Positions 38,245-50,520 of a DNA stretch of 64,000 nucleotides are shown here, one piece after another. This DNA comes from Octopus sinensis (Eukaryota). The translations under genes and the position numbers were made by a program. The stretch is taken from positions 94,116,001 through 94,180,000 of the forward strand of contig NC_043002.1 in NCBI RefSeq assembly GCF_006345805.1, read 5' to 3'. The notes below the pieces were generated by a model. It did no database searches, was not told the DNA's origin, and saw only the letters and a list, made by a program, of their open reading frames with translations. Within the stretch, counting starts at the first letter, position 1, and every line of letters starts with the position of its first letter.

Positions 38245-38465
38245 TCAGTACTCGCCCCTTATCGATGTGGAATAGCCGAACCCTGCAGGCGTCGCTGTTG
38301 ACTCTCTGTTCGAAGGTTTATATATATTCAGTGGAACACATCCACTGATTTTCAAAAGTAGAAATATTATTGTTTCTAAATCTCTCTAAAGGAGACTACG
38401 CTCGCAGTACTGGGTATTAATAGTTATCGCCAAGCTAACATGGCAGTTAAGAAAAATAATTGATT
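38245..38465 (-). mobile_element. Diverged copy of the 3.5-4.2-kb Penelope-type pLTR
   Basis: Colinear with ~3780-4000 (GCCCCTT.TC.ATG, TAGCC.AACC, CTCTGTTC.AAGG, GTGGAA.ACATCCACT, TCTCTCTAAA.GAGA, TAGTTATCGCCA); fused at left to a second PLE-type ACGTTTCGGCTGATA fragment. Confidence 0.65.
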
Positions 38466-39287
38466 TAATAATATGGTGTTGAGCAGGTAATTCTCTGCTG
38501 TGGGAGGATGTACTACAAGGCTAAAGTACCAGCTCAACATTATGCAACGGTTTTCCATCGTCTCTGATCGTCCTACTTAGATGCTGCTCAATACCCTTAG
38601 AGAAGGCGGCTATCGTTGGCGACATAACAAGGAGCTTAAAATGGTGAGCATAGCAAACTCTGATGGTATATGTGCTGTGAGAAATGTTTCTGTGTCATGG
38701 ATACATTCTTCAACTCATCGTGACCATTATGCTCTCATATTACATATTATAGTCAACAGTACTGGGTATGACTTCAAACAGCATCAAGAATTAGGGCCCT
38801 GGTTCGGGAGTTCCAGCGTTTCGAGGAGTGTAGGACAAACGCTTAGCCATTATTGGTCTCAGGTCTACTCTGATCTTGTGTATTACCTGTCAGGGCCCCA
38901 GATACGGGTTAAATAGCATGTAACCACCCAAACTAGAGTATATTAAAATCATGGGATGCAGCATGATGGATGTAAGCGATTTCGGCAGATGAATTTATTG
39001 AATCAATGGCGAATAACACTAGATGTTGAGCAGATGAAACTGACAATAAACTATCAATGGTTAGGATCAATCAGCTCAGTTAGCAAACTACAGCTATTAT
39101 CTGCAGTCGTGGTGTGCGCCGATGAGATATTTCAGTTAGAGAAAAGACCAATATAACTAAAATCCAGGCCAAACAATCAAGCCTCATCGCTCGAGCAGGA
39201 TATCTAGTGTGGAAAAGTCGCATTAGTCCGGGCATGTCACCCGACGAGAGAAAAAAATCCTCTTCAATTTTAGTTTAACTAATATCT

Positions 39288-39515
39288 ATTGCTTTACTAC
39301 CCACAAGGCGCTAAACAAAGAGGGGACAAACAAGGATAGACAAACGGATTAAGTCGATTACATCGACTCCAATGAACTGGTACTTAATTTGTCGACCCCG
39401 AAAGGATGAAAAGCAAAGTCGACCTCGGCGGAATTTGAACTCAGAACGTAACGGCAGACGAAAGACGGCTACTCATTTCGCCCGGCGTGCTAACGTTTCT
39501 GCCAGCTCGCCGCCT
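39288..39515 (-). mobile_element. SINE family A
   Basis: Consensus match. Confidence 0.88.
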
Positions 39516-39954
39516 TTTTAACTAATATATTGAACTACTTTTAAGACGTTAGGTTAGTATTTGAGGATTATTTGGTTGCAATTTCTTACAATTCGATCGT
39601 TGCGTAGAGGCTTCCTTGCTATCTTGTGGTAGTGATAGGTTGATTACGTTGAGCAGCCGACAAAATGTTTTGCTTTCTGATTTCAGTTTCAGTCGGAGTC
39701 TTCTTTGTCTTTCATTCTTACTACTTCGCTAAAATGTCGCATTAGTCAAGTATCTAATTTTATCAACCCCGGATAAAATAATCGACTGCTCCACCTACTT
39801 CCTTTGTGGTCATGTGATCAATATTAGAAGCTTTACTAACACTCACAGAAATATGGGATTTTGATTCGTTTGTTCCTCATTCCAGTCTGTTTACTTCCTT
39901 CTCACGAAGTATTTCTTTATTTAATAAGATAACAACAATCTACTTAAATATGAA

Positions 39955-40352
39955 GATATAATCGACTTAATCTGTCTGTCTGTCCTTGTTTGTCCTCTCT
40001 GTGTTTAGCCCCTTGTGGGTAGTAAAGAAATAGGTATTTCGTCTGCCGCTACGTTCTGAGTTCAAATTCCGCCGAGGTCGACTTTGCCTTTCATCCTTTC
40101 GGGGTCGATTAAATATGTACCAGTTACGCACTGGGGCCGATGTAATCGACTTAATCCGTTTGTCTGTCCTTGTTTGTCCCCGCTGTGTTTAGCCCCTTGT
40201 GAGTAGTAAAGAAATAAGTATTTCGTCTATCTTTACGACTTTGCCTTTCATCCTTTCGGAGTCGATAAATTAAGTGCCGGTTGTGTACAGGGGTCGATCT
40301 AATCGACTGCCCCCACTTCCCCCAAATTTCGGGCCTTGTGCTTCGAGTAGAA
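39955..40352 (+). mobile_element. SINE family A, headless multimer of the internal unit
   Basis: The AAAGAAATA(G/A)GTATTTCGTCT junction occurs twice (~40025, ~40208); partial, complete and deleted units in tandem. Confidence 0.8.
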
Positions 40353-40482
40353 AAAAATATACTACACAGTATATTAAACGTTTTTATAAGTCAATACCCT
40401 GTTCAGCTGTATTAGCAGTGCTATTTACATCACTTGTTAAAGTTATCTCGACAGATTTTCTATAGAAATTATAATCAGATGC

Positions 40483-40648
40483 AGGAGTGGCTGTGTGGTA
40501 AGTAGCTTGCTTACCAACCACATGGTTTCAGGTTCAGTCCCACTGCGTGGCACCTTGGGCAAGTGTCTTCTTCTATAGCCTCGGGCCGACCAAAGCATTG
40601 TGAGTGGATTTGGTAGACGGAAACTGAAATAAGACCGCCGTAAATATG

Positions 40649-40718
<70 letters not shown>

Positions 40719-40915
40719 TGTGTCTGTGTTTGTCCCCCAACATCGATTGACATCCAGTACTGGTGTATTTACGTCCCCGTAACTTAGCGGTTCGGCAAAA
40801 GAGAACGATAGAATAAGTACTAGGCTTACAAAGAATAAGTCTTGGGGTCGATTTGCTCGATTAAAGGCGGTGCTCCAGCATTGGCAGCAGTCAAATGACT
40901 GAAACAAGTAAAAGA
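40483..40915 (+). mobile_element. SINE family B, full length
   Basis: Consensus match; followed by (GA)n. Confidence 0.9.
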
Positions 40916-40943
40916 GAGATAGATAGATAGAGAGAGAGAGAGT

Positions 40944-41019
<76 letters not shown>

Positions 41020-41198
41020 GAGAGAGAAAGTAAAGAGAGCACGAGTTTTGTTACGGCATTTCGTATCCGAGACGTACGATGCAAACGATGAAATCGAAGA
41101 TGAAAAATGTGTACTGGACGCAAGTGACATATTTCTGTTTTTGTTCCTTCTACAGCACCCATCCTACACATTAATTATCCACGGACGCATTGCTTAAA

Positions 41199-41580
41199 TC
41201 TCTCTATATATAAACGGCAGTTTGTCTGTCTGTATGTCTGTGTGTCTGTCAGGTTGTACCCTCATCCTGACCATGGCTTTCAACCGATTCTGATGAAACT
41301 TGACACACACATAGCCCAATGTCATAATTCAAAACTAACGCAGCGAAAATTTTGAAAAGTTCCCCCAGTTCTGAAAAGAATCGATAAATTCGACATGGGA
41401 TCGAGAATCAGAAACAAAAACCACAGACTGTCTAGGGGACACAACTCGACCTTTTTAACTCTCAAAAAATTTTACCATAATTTTTTTTCCATTTTTTTCT
41501 ATTTTTTGGCTATAACTCTCTAAAAATGCTTTATAGTTATTAACCTTACAAACCCGAGCAACGCCGGGCGATACTGCTAG
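41199..41580 (+). mobile_element. Non-autonomous Helitron, apparently complete
   Basis: Inserted between A and T; starts TC (TCTCTCTATATATAAA), has a (CTGT) microsatellite near the 5' end, 3' hairpin CCCG-AGCAACGC-CGGG, and ends CTAG; no TSD. Confidence 0.85.
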
Positions 41581-41935
41581 TAGCTACTAAATATAACAGT
41601 GTAACACAATTGGATATACCAATCTTACGTATTAAACACATTCCCGTAAGCTGATACGTAAATATTAACGGCTTGTAGGGTCACGGTATTTCGTTATGCA
41701 ACCATTATATACCACAAAAATATATATCCAAGCTGAACACACCTATTACCACTCTTACTATAACAATGGTACCGAATATAATGTTTACCCTTCCTTATAT
41801 CGTCACATACTAAAAAGGATGCGCCGGGGATCTTCAGATCTGTTAGAAATAGCAACCAAATCTCCCTTAAACCTTACCAGCTTAAAAAAATGAGACATTG
41901 GATAGAATTGCCCAGTCTATACTGCATCCGAGTTA

Positions 41936-42093
41936 AAGTCGGTTACATCGACTCCAGTACGTAACTGGTACTTAATTTATCGACCCCGAAAAGGATGAAA
42001 GGCAAAGTCGACCTTGGCGGAATTTGAACTCAGAACGTAACGGCAGACGAAATACTGCTAAGCATTTCGCCCGGCGTGCTAACGTTTCTGCCA
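41936..42093 (-). mobile_element. SINE family A (partial)
   Basis: Consensus match. Confidence 0.8.
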
Positions 42094-42625
42094 TTTTTTG
42101 GGTGGTTGACTTAAAGCCGTCAGCCGCATCAAAACACCGAGTGACCCAAGGCTTTCCTCGAATCTATTTTGTTTCAATCATTTGAGCCAGACTTTCAGAC
42201 CGAGAACTTTCTTCATTCCTTTATCACAGCAATCGTGGAGACCCTAAAAATGTTCATAAGCGCCACCATTCCTTCTCCTGCTAAACCGTTTGATTTTTAT
42301 TCCCCTTTTAAATATCAATTTCCTTGGATTAGATTTCTCGGGTTTTACTTTCCTGATACATTAGTATTTTACTCTGTAACAGATTTCAGTCAATGGACTG
42401 CGGCCATACTGGGGCAACAAGGGTTTTAGCCGATCGTATTGACCTCGGTAAATATTTTAGTCTGGTACTTATTTTGTCGCCTCTATTTGTTGAACCGCTA
42501 GATTTCAAGGCAATAAGGAGATGTAACATGATGAACAATAACAATAATTCCAAGGAGACTTGTTGTCACCAAACATTAAAATAAAATACCTACCAGCCAA
42601 ATGTGCATGAACCAGCGTAATAAAA

Positions 42626-43180
42626 TGCCCTGATGGCAGTACCAGGCAGTGGCTCTCATGGCTTCTGATCTTAACTGATAAGTGTTATCATGTACATTGT
42701 TTTGTCTTGGTAATAAAAGATGGGCTACAGCAAATATTCTGCTCAATACCACAGATTTGCTTGTCAGTTGTTTGACCTTAACAGTTGAGCATGTCCTTAG
42801 TGGCTGACGATATGTGCATCTCTGATCACGAGCAGAGTAGTAGTGGGGGAGCATCATAGCCATGTGTTGAGAGGGATGCTTTGGGGTTTGATAGTTCACC
42901 TCTGGAAACATGGGTGGTTCTTTCAACATCCTTAAACAACCCTTATTCGGGGCCCGTTTGAGCGAATGGGCTACTCAACCTGAAGAAAATTCAAACTGGG
43001 CCCCACCTGCAAGGTCATGTGCTGTTTATCTTGATATGAGATCACCATGTCGCGCACATATGGTTGTGATGCATGTGCCTGGTGTACCTTATCAGACGGG
43101 TAGTCATGATGGGTATATGGGCTTCGTATATTTTACCCCAGTGTCACTTTGATGGCATGAAATGCTCTCTCACTCAATAA
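42626..43180 (+). mobile_element. TAA-flanked repeat family E, near full length
   Basis: Starts TGCCCTGATG(G)CAGTACCAGGC, ends CTCTCACTC-AATAATAAT; homologous to 35821-36335 and 43562-43806. Confidence 0.82.
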
Positions 43181-43195
43181 TAATATAATAATAAA

Positions 43196-43531
43196 GGGTA
43201 AGGTAAAGACCTCCTTCGGTCATGAATGACCATGGGATTGCACACCAGAAAGTTACCCTCCTAGACACAAGTCCGGGCAAGGTTGTTTATGGAAGACCAG
43301 CAGTCGCCCATGCATACCGCCTCCCCTCTCCACGCCACCAGTGTTATCCAAGGGAAAGACAAAGGTCGATACAGCTTGGCACCAGTGACGTCGCAACTCA
43401 TTTCTACAGCTGAGTGAACTGGAGCAACGTGAAATAAAGTGCCTTGCTCAAGAACACAACACGCAGCCCGGTCCGGGATTCGAGCTCACAACCTCACGAT
43501 CGTAAGCTCGACGCTCTCACCACTGAGCCAA
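43196..43531 (-). mobile_element. SINE family C
   Basis: Reverse complement of 25863-26187 including A and B boxes. Confidence 0.88.
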
Positions 43532-43561
43532 TAATAATAATAATAATGATAATAATAATAA

Positions 43562-43806
43562 TGCCCTGATGCAGTACCAGGCAGTGACTCTCATGGCTTC
43601 TGATCTTAACTGATTGGAAGTGTTATCATGTACATTGTTTTGTCTTGGTATAAAAGATGCGCTACAGCAAATATTCTGTTCAGTACCACAGATTTGTTTG
43701 TCAGTTGTTTAACCATAACCAGTTGAGCATGTTCCTTAGTGGCTGACGATATGTGCATCTCTGACCACGAGCAGAAGTAGTGGGGGAGCATCATAGCCAT
43801 ATGTTG
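43562..43806 (+). mobile_element. Family E 5' half, fused to a SINE A fragment (43806-43900, minus)
   Basis: Preceded by (AAT)n; switches at ATGTTGA|CCTCGGCGG to SINE A. Confidence 0.8.
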
Positions 43807-43900
43807 ACCTCGGCGGAATTTGAACTCAGAACGTAGCGGCAGACGAAATACTGCTAAGCATTTCGCCCGGCGTGCTAACGATTCTGCCAGCTCGCCACCT

Positions 43901-43954
<54 letters not shown>

Positions 43955-44272
43955 GTATTATTACTATTACAATAATTTCTGGTAGTTATAAAGGCATGTT
44001 CCTGTTTTTTTGTTGCTAAGGCTCAAAGGCAGAAATTTATAGAAAAAGGGGAAAATACGATTGCATTGCGTTATTACTTTTAAGTGAACTGGAGGAATGG
44101 AAAAAACGGTTTGCTGACAATGTAATAACACATTGGCGTTGTGATGAATGTTTACTATCGTTTTATGTTATGTGAACTTCAACAAGTGGTGGGATGTTCA
44201 AAGGGATTGAGAAAAGGGGGTTATCAAGATGTTTGTGATCTTCATAAGGCTTTCAGCTATATAAAAAATAAC

Positions 44273-44704
44273 GGATCTTTTCGGTTTGAACGGAAGTTTT
44301 TAACATAATTTCTAGGTAACTTAAACATTTTAAACTTCGTATACTGGTAGAATGCGTTTATAAAACTTCTTTTTCTCTTGGCTTTATTGAGAAAATTCTA
44401 TAGTTTGTAAGGTATTTGTTGTTTTTTTTCTTCAATTTCTGCAATTTCGACCAATCAGTGACGTCTACTGAGTTAAAAAGCATTCTGTGCCGTATGAATA
44501 CGTCCCTCGTTTAAGAAACAGATTGGGTTTATTTACATTTGTGAAGAAAAAAGATACCCTTCCCCCCACCCCTAACCCTAACCCTAACTAACCGTAACCT
44601 TAAAAGAGATTGAAATGCAATAGATCGATTCTAGGGTTATAATTATGTGTGACAATTTCATATGACACCGCTAGAAAAAACTGCCGTTCAAATCGAAAAG
44701 ATCC
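44273..44704 (+). mobile_element. TTAGGG-bearing MITE, copy 3
   Basis: Same TIRs; 8-bp TSD AAAATAAC / AAAATAAT (7 of 8 match). Confidence 0.9.
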
Positions 44705-45012
44705 AAAATAATATTACAGATTGCTACAGCAAAAAATTGTCTTCATTATATAGAAATAAAAAGGAAACGAAGAGGTTATACAGGTATAGCTCAACCTGAT
44801 ATATTTGATATTATAGTGGCTTCTTCGTCTGTCTAACGATGAGCATTCAGTTGTCTAAGCAAACGGATACCCTTTCGCGAAATTAACGCCTAAGTAGCTG
44901 ACTGTTCCACAGATATGTGTGGCTTTGTCGTTATTCGTAAGCTAAATCATCGTGACACGGTGTGGTCAAGCTGAATTGTAGGCATATTTCGTAGAGAGAA
45001 AGAAGGTAAGAA

Positions 45013-45065
<53 letters not shown>

Positions 45066-45285
45066 AAATAGAGAGAAATGGATTCTAGTGCTTAATTGGT
45101 ACTTCATTTATTTATCGACCTCGATAAAGGGCAAAGGTATCATCTGAGATTTGAACTCAGAATGCAGAGAGCTAAACGAATACTACAAGGAATTCTATCT
45201 GGCATTGTAACGGCTCGACTAATTTGTTGTCTATTGAACAATTATTGCAAACATTGAAGTATAATTGTAATATTCGCTTCAATTA

Positions 45286-45885
45286 AGGCTGCGAGCTGGC
45301 AGAAACGTTGGCACGCCGGACGAAATGCTTAGCGGTGTCTCGTTTACCGTTACGTTCTGAATTCAAATTCCGCCGAAGTCGACTTTGCCTTTCATCCTTT
45401 CGGGGTCGATAAATTAAGTACCAGTTACACACTGGAGTCGATATAATCGACTTATTCCGTTTGTCTGTCCTTGTTTGTCCCCTCTGTGTTTAGCCCCTTG
45501 TGGGTAGTAAAGAAATAGGTATTTAGTCTGTCTTTACATTCCGAGTTCAAATTCCGCCGAGGTCGACTTTGCCTTTCATCCTTTCGGGGTCGATAAATCA
45601 AGTACCACTTGCGTACTGGGGTCGATCTAATCGTCTGGCCCCTCCCCCGAAATTTCGGGCCTTGTGCCTAGAGTAGAGAAGAATTGTTCGTACGCCTAGG
45701 AAGATGCTTAGCGGCATTTCGTTTGTCATTACGTTCTGAGTTCAAATTCCGTCGAGGTCGAGTTTGCCTTTCATTCTTTCGGGATCGATAAAATAAGTGG
45801 CAATTGAGCACTGGAGTCAATGTAATCGACTTACCCCGCTCCACTGACGTTGCTGACTTCGTGCCGAAACTTAAAACCAATATTC
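45286..45885 (+). mobile_element. SINE family A dimer-type copy plus adjacent older subfamily copy
   Basis: Full head at 45286, repeated internal unit, tail to ~45682; second diverged copy at ~45700-45885. Confidence 0.85.
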
Positions 45886-45914
45886 GCTTCAAGTCATATG
45901 ACATGAATCTTTAC

Positions 45915-46380
45915 AGCAATATTTGTTGGTTACAATACAGAACGTTAAATATATAGTCATTAGAACCATACGTTTTGGTTACAATATAGAACGTTGATAT
46001 CAATATAGAATATCAAATATATACTATATTCAGAGCTATATTTCTTGATTGCAGTATAAAATGTTGATGTCAATATAAAATGTTAAATATATAATCATTA
46101 GAACCATATTTGTTGGCTACGATACAGAACGTTAAATACAGAATATTAAATATACCGTAGTTAGAAACATTTTTGTTAAAATAGAAACGTTAATATAAAA
46201 TAAAAAATATATGATAATTGGATTCATATTTGTTGATTACAATAAAGAACGTTAAACGTCAATATAGAATGTTAAACTTATGACCATTGGGGCAATATTT
46301 TTTGGGTAAAATATAGAATATTTTAAAACATATAATCACTGGAGCTTTATTTACTGGCTATAATATAGAAGTGAAATATC
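45915..46380. repeat. Degenerate AT-rich minisatellite (~50-70-bp units)
   Basis: CATATTTGTTGGTTACAATACAGAACGTTAAATAT..TCATTAGAAC recurs about 7 times with divergence. Confidence 0.75.
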
Positions 46381-46489
46381 AAAGTGATGTAGATGATAAC
46401 TGACTTATAGGACGATAAACTAATGGTTGGTTATCGCACAGAATTGAGTCTAATAAGGCATCAAATGAATTATATCGTCTAAGTTTTTG

Positions 46490-46925
46490 GAATCTTTTCG
46501 GTTTGAACGGCAGTTTTTATCATAATTTTTAGGTAACTAAAAAATTTTAAACTTTGTATACTGGTAGAATGTGTCTATAAAACATCTTTCTCTCTTGGCT
46601 TTATTGAGAAAACTCTATAGTTTGTAAGATATTTGTAAGATATTTTCTTCAATTTTGGCAATTTCAACCAATCAATGACGTGTATTTGAGGTGAAAACAT
46701 TCTGTGCCGTATGAATATGTCCCTCGTTTAAGAAACAAATTGGGTTTATTTACATTTCTGAAGAAAAAAGATACCCTTCCCCCACCCCTAACCCTAACCC
46801 TAACCCTAACCCTAACTAACCTAAAACAGATTGAAATGCAATAGATCGATACTAGGGTCATAATTATGGGTGACAATTTCATATGACACCGCTAGAAAAA
46901 ACTGCCGTTCAAACTGAAAAGATCC
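46490..46925 (+). mobile_element. TTAGGG-bearing MITE, copy 4
   Basis: TIRs (left end GAATC); perfect 8-bp TSD AGTTTTTG (46482-46489, 46926-46933). Confidence 0.9.
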
Positions 46926-47344
46926 AGTTTTTGCGTAGCAATTTGACCTTCCAGAAATAGATACAACTGTTCCTGAAATAACTCCCCATCATCTTAAAAT
47001 AGGAAAGAATACTACAGACAGTGTGATCCTGACAATTTTAAAAAGACAGAATTGTCAAAGTTAGTATTCTTTATATCCTATAGTTTTACTGAGTCTGAGA
47101 TGGTATGAGATAGACAACAGCAATTATGTTTGATTTCTTTTAAAAGCCAGAGAAATAAAAGAAGCTTTATAACCAATAGTTATTGGCAAAATATGTATTT
47201 GAGTGAAACATCGAGTATTCTATGAGGTTGGAGGCCAAATTTATCACAAATATTCAAAAAGTGTAGATGTTTGAAAACCAGAATCGATCTTTAAAACTAT
47301 CAAAAGTAACAACATGCAATGATGCAAGCGATCCAGAGGTATTA

Positions 47345-47715
47345 ACGTGGTCGTTCGATCTGGTCGAAATAGCAGTCAAATATCCCTCAAACTACACTGG
47401 GCTGTCATGAAAGAAGTCAGAACACACTAGGTTACGTAGCTCTAGATGCAGACATGATGATTATAGCTTACTATTTTAAATCAGAGATTTGTTTGGTCAG
47501 GGCTAACCTGGGATCAAACAGTAACAACAGCAATCTCTTACTTTCGTATGACTTGTTAGAAGTAGCAGCCAAAGCTTCTTCGAATCTCACACATTACATA
47601 TGGCTACATTAATAATATTGTCCTGCTATCTTCTGAAGCAAATGGATGGTCATTGTTGGGACACACCTGATCATAGGTTAGGTCTACTCGATCAGGGTTA
47701 ACCTGAGCTCAAAAT
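47345..47715 (+). mobile_element. Two old copies of another dispersed repeat
   Basis: GAAATAGCAG.CAAA and TCAGGG.TAACCTG blocks occur twice here; related pieces at ~41820, ~26705 and ~63580. Confidence 0.5.
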
Positions 47716-48480
47716 TTTCCATTCTATCACTGATTAAACAAATGTTACTAATTAATGTGGAGGTGTTTATAACGAATGCTTTTCAGCGTGCTCAATAAAG
47801 TCAAAACATTGATACAAGATACTAAATCAATCATACCGATGGAAAACAACAATGTGTTGTTATAAGTTTATGAAAATTCTCCCAATTTCTTAGTGATTAA
47901 AATATATTTACGAGAAGCGCCAAATTATTTGCCAAAGCGCTGATTATATTCAGTATTGGATGCTAAAGAATTAAATGCAACATCTCCGATAATTATTATA
48001 AAACTCGGTATCATTAATATCTTTAGACAGTTGAGAATTTGTGAAGTAAAGGCGAAAAGATTTTATCAACGAAAAAATAAAATTTAGAATTGCTTCGTTA
48101 TTACATTCGAGAAAAAATCCCCAAACGATAAAGTGAATATACATCGATAGCATTGCAGTATTTGTAATTAATACTATAACAATCTATACAAAATAGGAAG
48201 TTTTAATTTGGGAAGTTTCTGAAAAATAATTCAGTATTTTCATATGAGTTTATTCATTCATTTGTTTTCTGTCATACTATTTGAGTAGTTTATTAGCTTC
48301 AATTATTGAACTGCGGCCTTACTGGAGCACTGCTTTGAAGTGTTGTACACGACATCATCAACACTGCCATTTATTTCAGTCACGTACCTATTTAATCTAA
48401 CACTATTTATCGAATGGCTAAGTTGTGTTTTGGCGTAAACGAACGCAATATGGCGTACGACTGATTTAACACGCGTGTGA

Positions 48481-48550
<70 letters not shown>

Positions 48551-48581
48551 GTGTGTGTGTATGTATGTGTGTGTGTGTGTG

Positions 48582-49490
48582 TGCTTGCGATGTAAAGTCC
48601 ATGTTCATTGCAAAGCTCCAGCAGCATGAGATCATTGCTATCCATTTTCCCTACACCAAAACGTCCATGTTAGAGAGTTCCATGTTTGCCAGTGTGTCCC
48701 AACCCTGGCATTGAAATCCCTCAGTAGAATTGGGGATTTTCCTAAGTATGGCTCTCAGCTGGGTATAAAAAATAGTTTTATCTTCATCACAACAAGTCAA
48801 AGTAGGTGCAAAGGCACTTATTAGAGTAGCAAACTGCCCACCTTTCAGGTGAAATCGTAGAGTCATTAGACGTTCATTTATAGGAACAGGAAGCTCCTCC
48901 GACTTCTTAAGGATATCAGTTCTTAAGGAACTGCAAAGCCAATACCAACCTCTCTGCGCTCCCCTTTTCGCCTCCCCTTCCAAAAAATAAAAAAAAAGTG
49001 TGTCCACCTTCAACTTCCTCAAGCTGACCAAGCTTCTATACGAGTCTCTGAAAGTGCAGCTATATCAATGTTATAACGTGAGCAACAAGTGCAGTGCGTC
49101 TTTCAGGCCTACAGTCACTCCTGTTATCCAACAGAGTGCGCACATTCCAACATGAAATGTTCAAGTTCCATCCAGATTTTGCAAACAAAAGTCTCTTTGT
49201 TTTTCGAGCGCAGGGTGGACATCCGTCAGTCGCGCTAAACTGACCAGATATAGAAAACAGGCAATTTTTGGTTCACCTTTTCTAGAACCTCGCCAGCTTC
49301 CGGGTGAGCAGTACCCTCTCCAAATGGAGCTGCTCAGACATCCATGCAGCAACCGAATCCTATCGCTGTCTTGGGTGACAAGGAGACGACTTTATATCTA
49401 GCATGGGCTGCCTATGTGCAGGTCGCTGACTACATGCTTCTAACCCGTCTGGTCTGCATGCTTCACCACTTTCCCATCGCCGCAGGACTT
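48582..49490 (-). mobile_element. RTE-clade LINE, 5' part (5' UTR plus APE N-terminus), inverted
   Basis: LNISCWNVRTLLDN..RPERRTALVA, DIAALSETR, ERLMTLRFHL..FATLISAFAPTL and GVGKMDSNDLMLLELCNEHGLYIAS. Confidence 0.88.
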
Positions 49491-49952
49491 TCGAATAAAA
49501 ATAAAAATATATTAAAAATAGATAAATATACAAATATATACTAAAAATAAAGACACATATATACTGAAAATAAAATAAATATATATGAGGAAAAAAAGCA
49601 GCACATATCGAGCTGAGTTCAGCATTGCCTGTGCAGAGTTTTAGGCCCAATAAGACTTGCACGACATCTCATAGACCCTCTCCGATTTATTGACATTATC
49701 CAGAGACACGCTGGAGCAAGATATCTGGTACCAATATGAGTCGCAGGCTCAGGGATGTGGGAGCACCATGATTTCTAGCACAAACCAAAGATTCCCAAAA
49801 TGTCCAATGCCATTCCCTGCATGTCTGGTTTTATATCAGAGTGACCTTCTGTTAGAGACATGCTTCACTCCCAGTGCATTTTATGCATAAAGGTCGCAGT
49901 TTAGCACTGGAGTCAATGTAATCGACTTATCCCGCTCCACTGACGTTGCTGA

Positions 49953-50520
49953 GGCATCTAAGGTCTAAAGTTTGGCACTTGCTGGATTATGTCATCATCC
50001 GCAAGCATGACATCTATGACATTTGTAATGTCAAGTCCTTTCACGGATCGGAATGCTGGACAGACCACAGTTCCGGCTGATGATTAGCGTGAAAGAGAGA
50101 AGAGGGCCAGTTGGCATTCCTCGGCGTCTGAATGTCCACAAGGTATATGATCCTGTATTGAAGAAAGAGCTCCAGACTTGCTGGTCCAGCATCGAAAGTA
50201 CTGCAGGATGGGAAGATTTTCGAGACCAGGCTCTTTAATGTGCTGCTGAAACACTGGGATATACTACTGCCAGATACAGAGACTGATTTGATGAAAATGA
50301 TGCTGCACACAGGACTTTCAGCTGTGCAGCGAAATCTAGCACTTGCCCACTATAGCAGTGTAAAATCACTACTGCAGCGATCTCTCAGGAAGATGCGGAA
50401 CACTTGGTGGGAGGATCGTGCTCGTGATGTTGAGGCTTCTGCTGATGCAAATGATAACAAGAAGCTTTACCATCTTATGAAGCAAGTTTATGAGATCCGC
50501 ATCAACTCCTTTGCTTTCCA
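49953..50520 (+). mobile_element. RTE-clade LINE, continuation in the opposite orientation
   Basis: HLRSKVWHLLDYVII, ECWTDH, PRRLNV and LRKMRNTWWEDRA..ADANDNKKLY directly follow the motifs that end at 48582. Confidence 0.85.

Noticed and set aside
49330-49490. HDV-like ribozyme in the RTE 5' UTR
   Set aside because: Expected for some RTE elements, but I could not build a consistent P1/P2/P3 pairing by hand.
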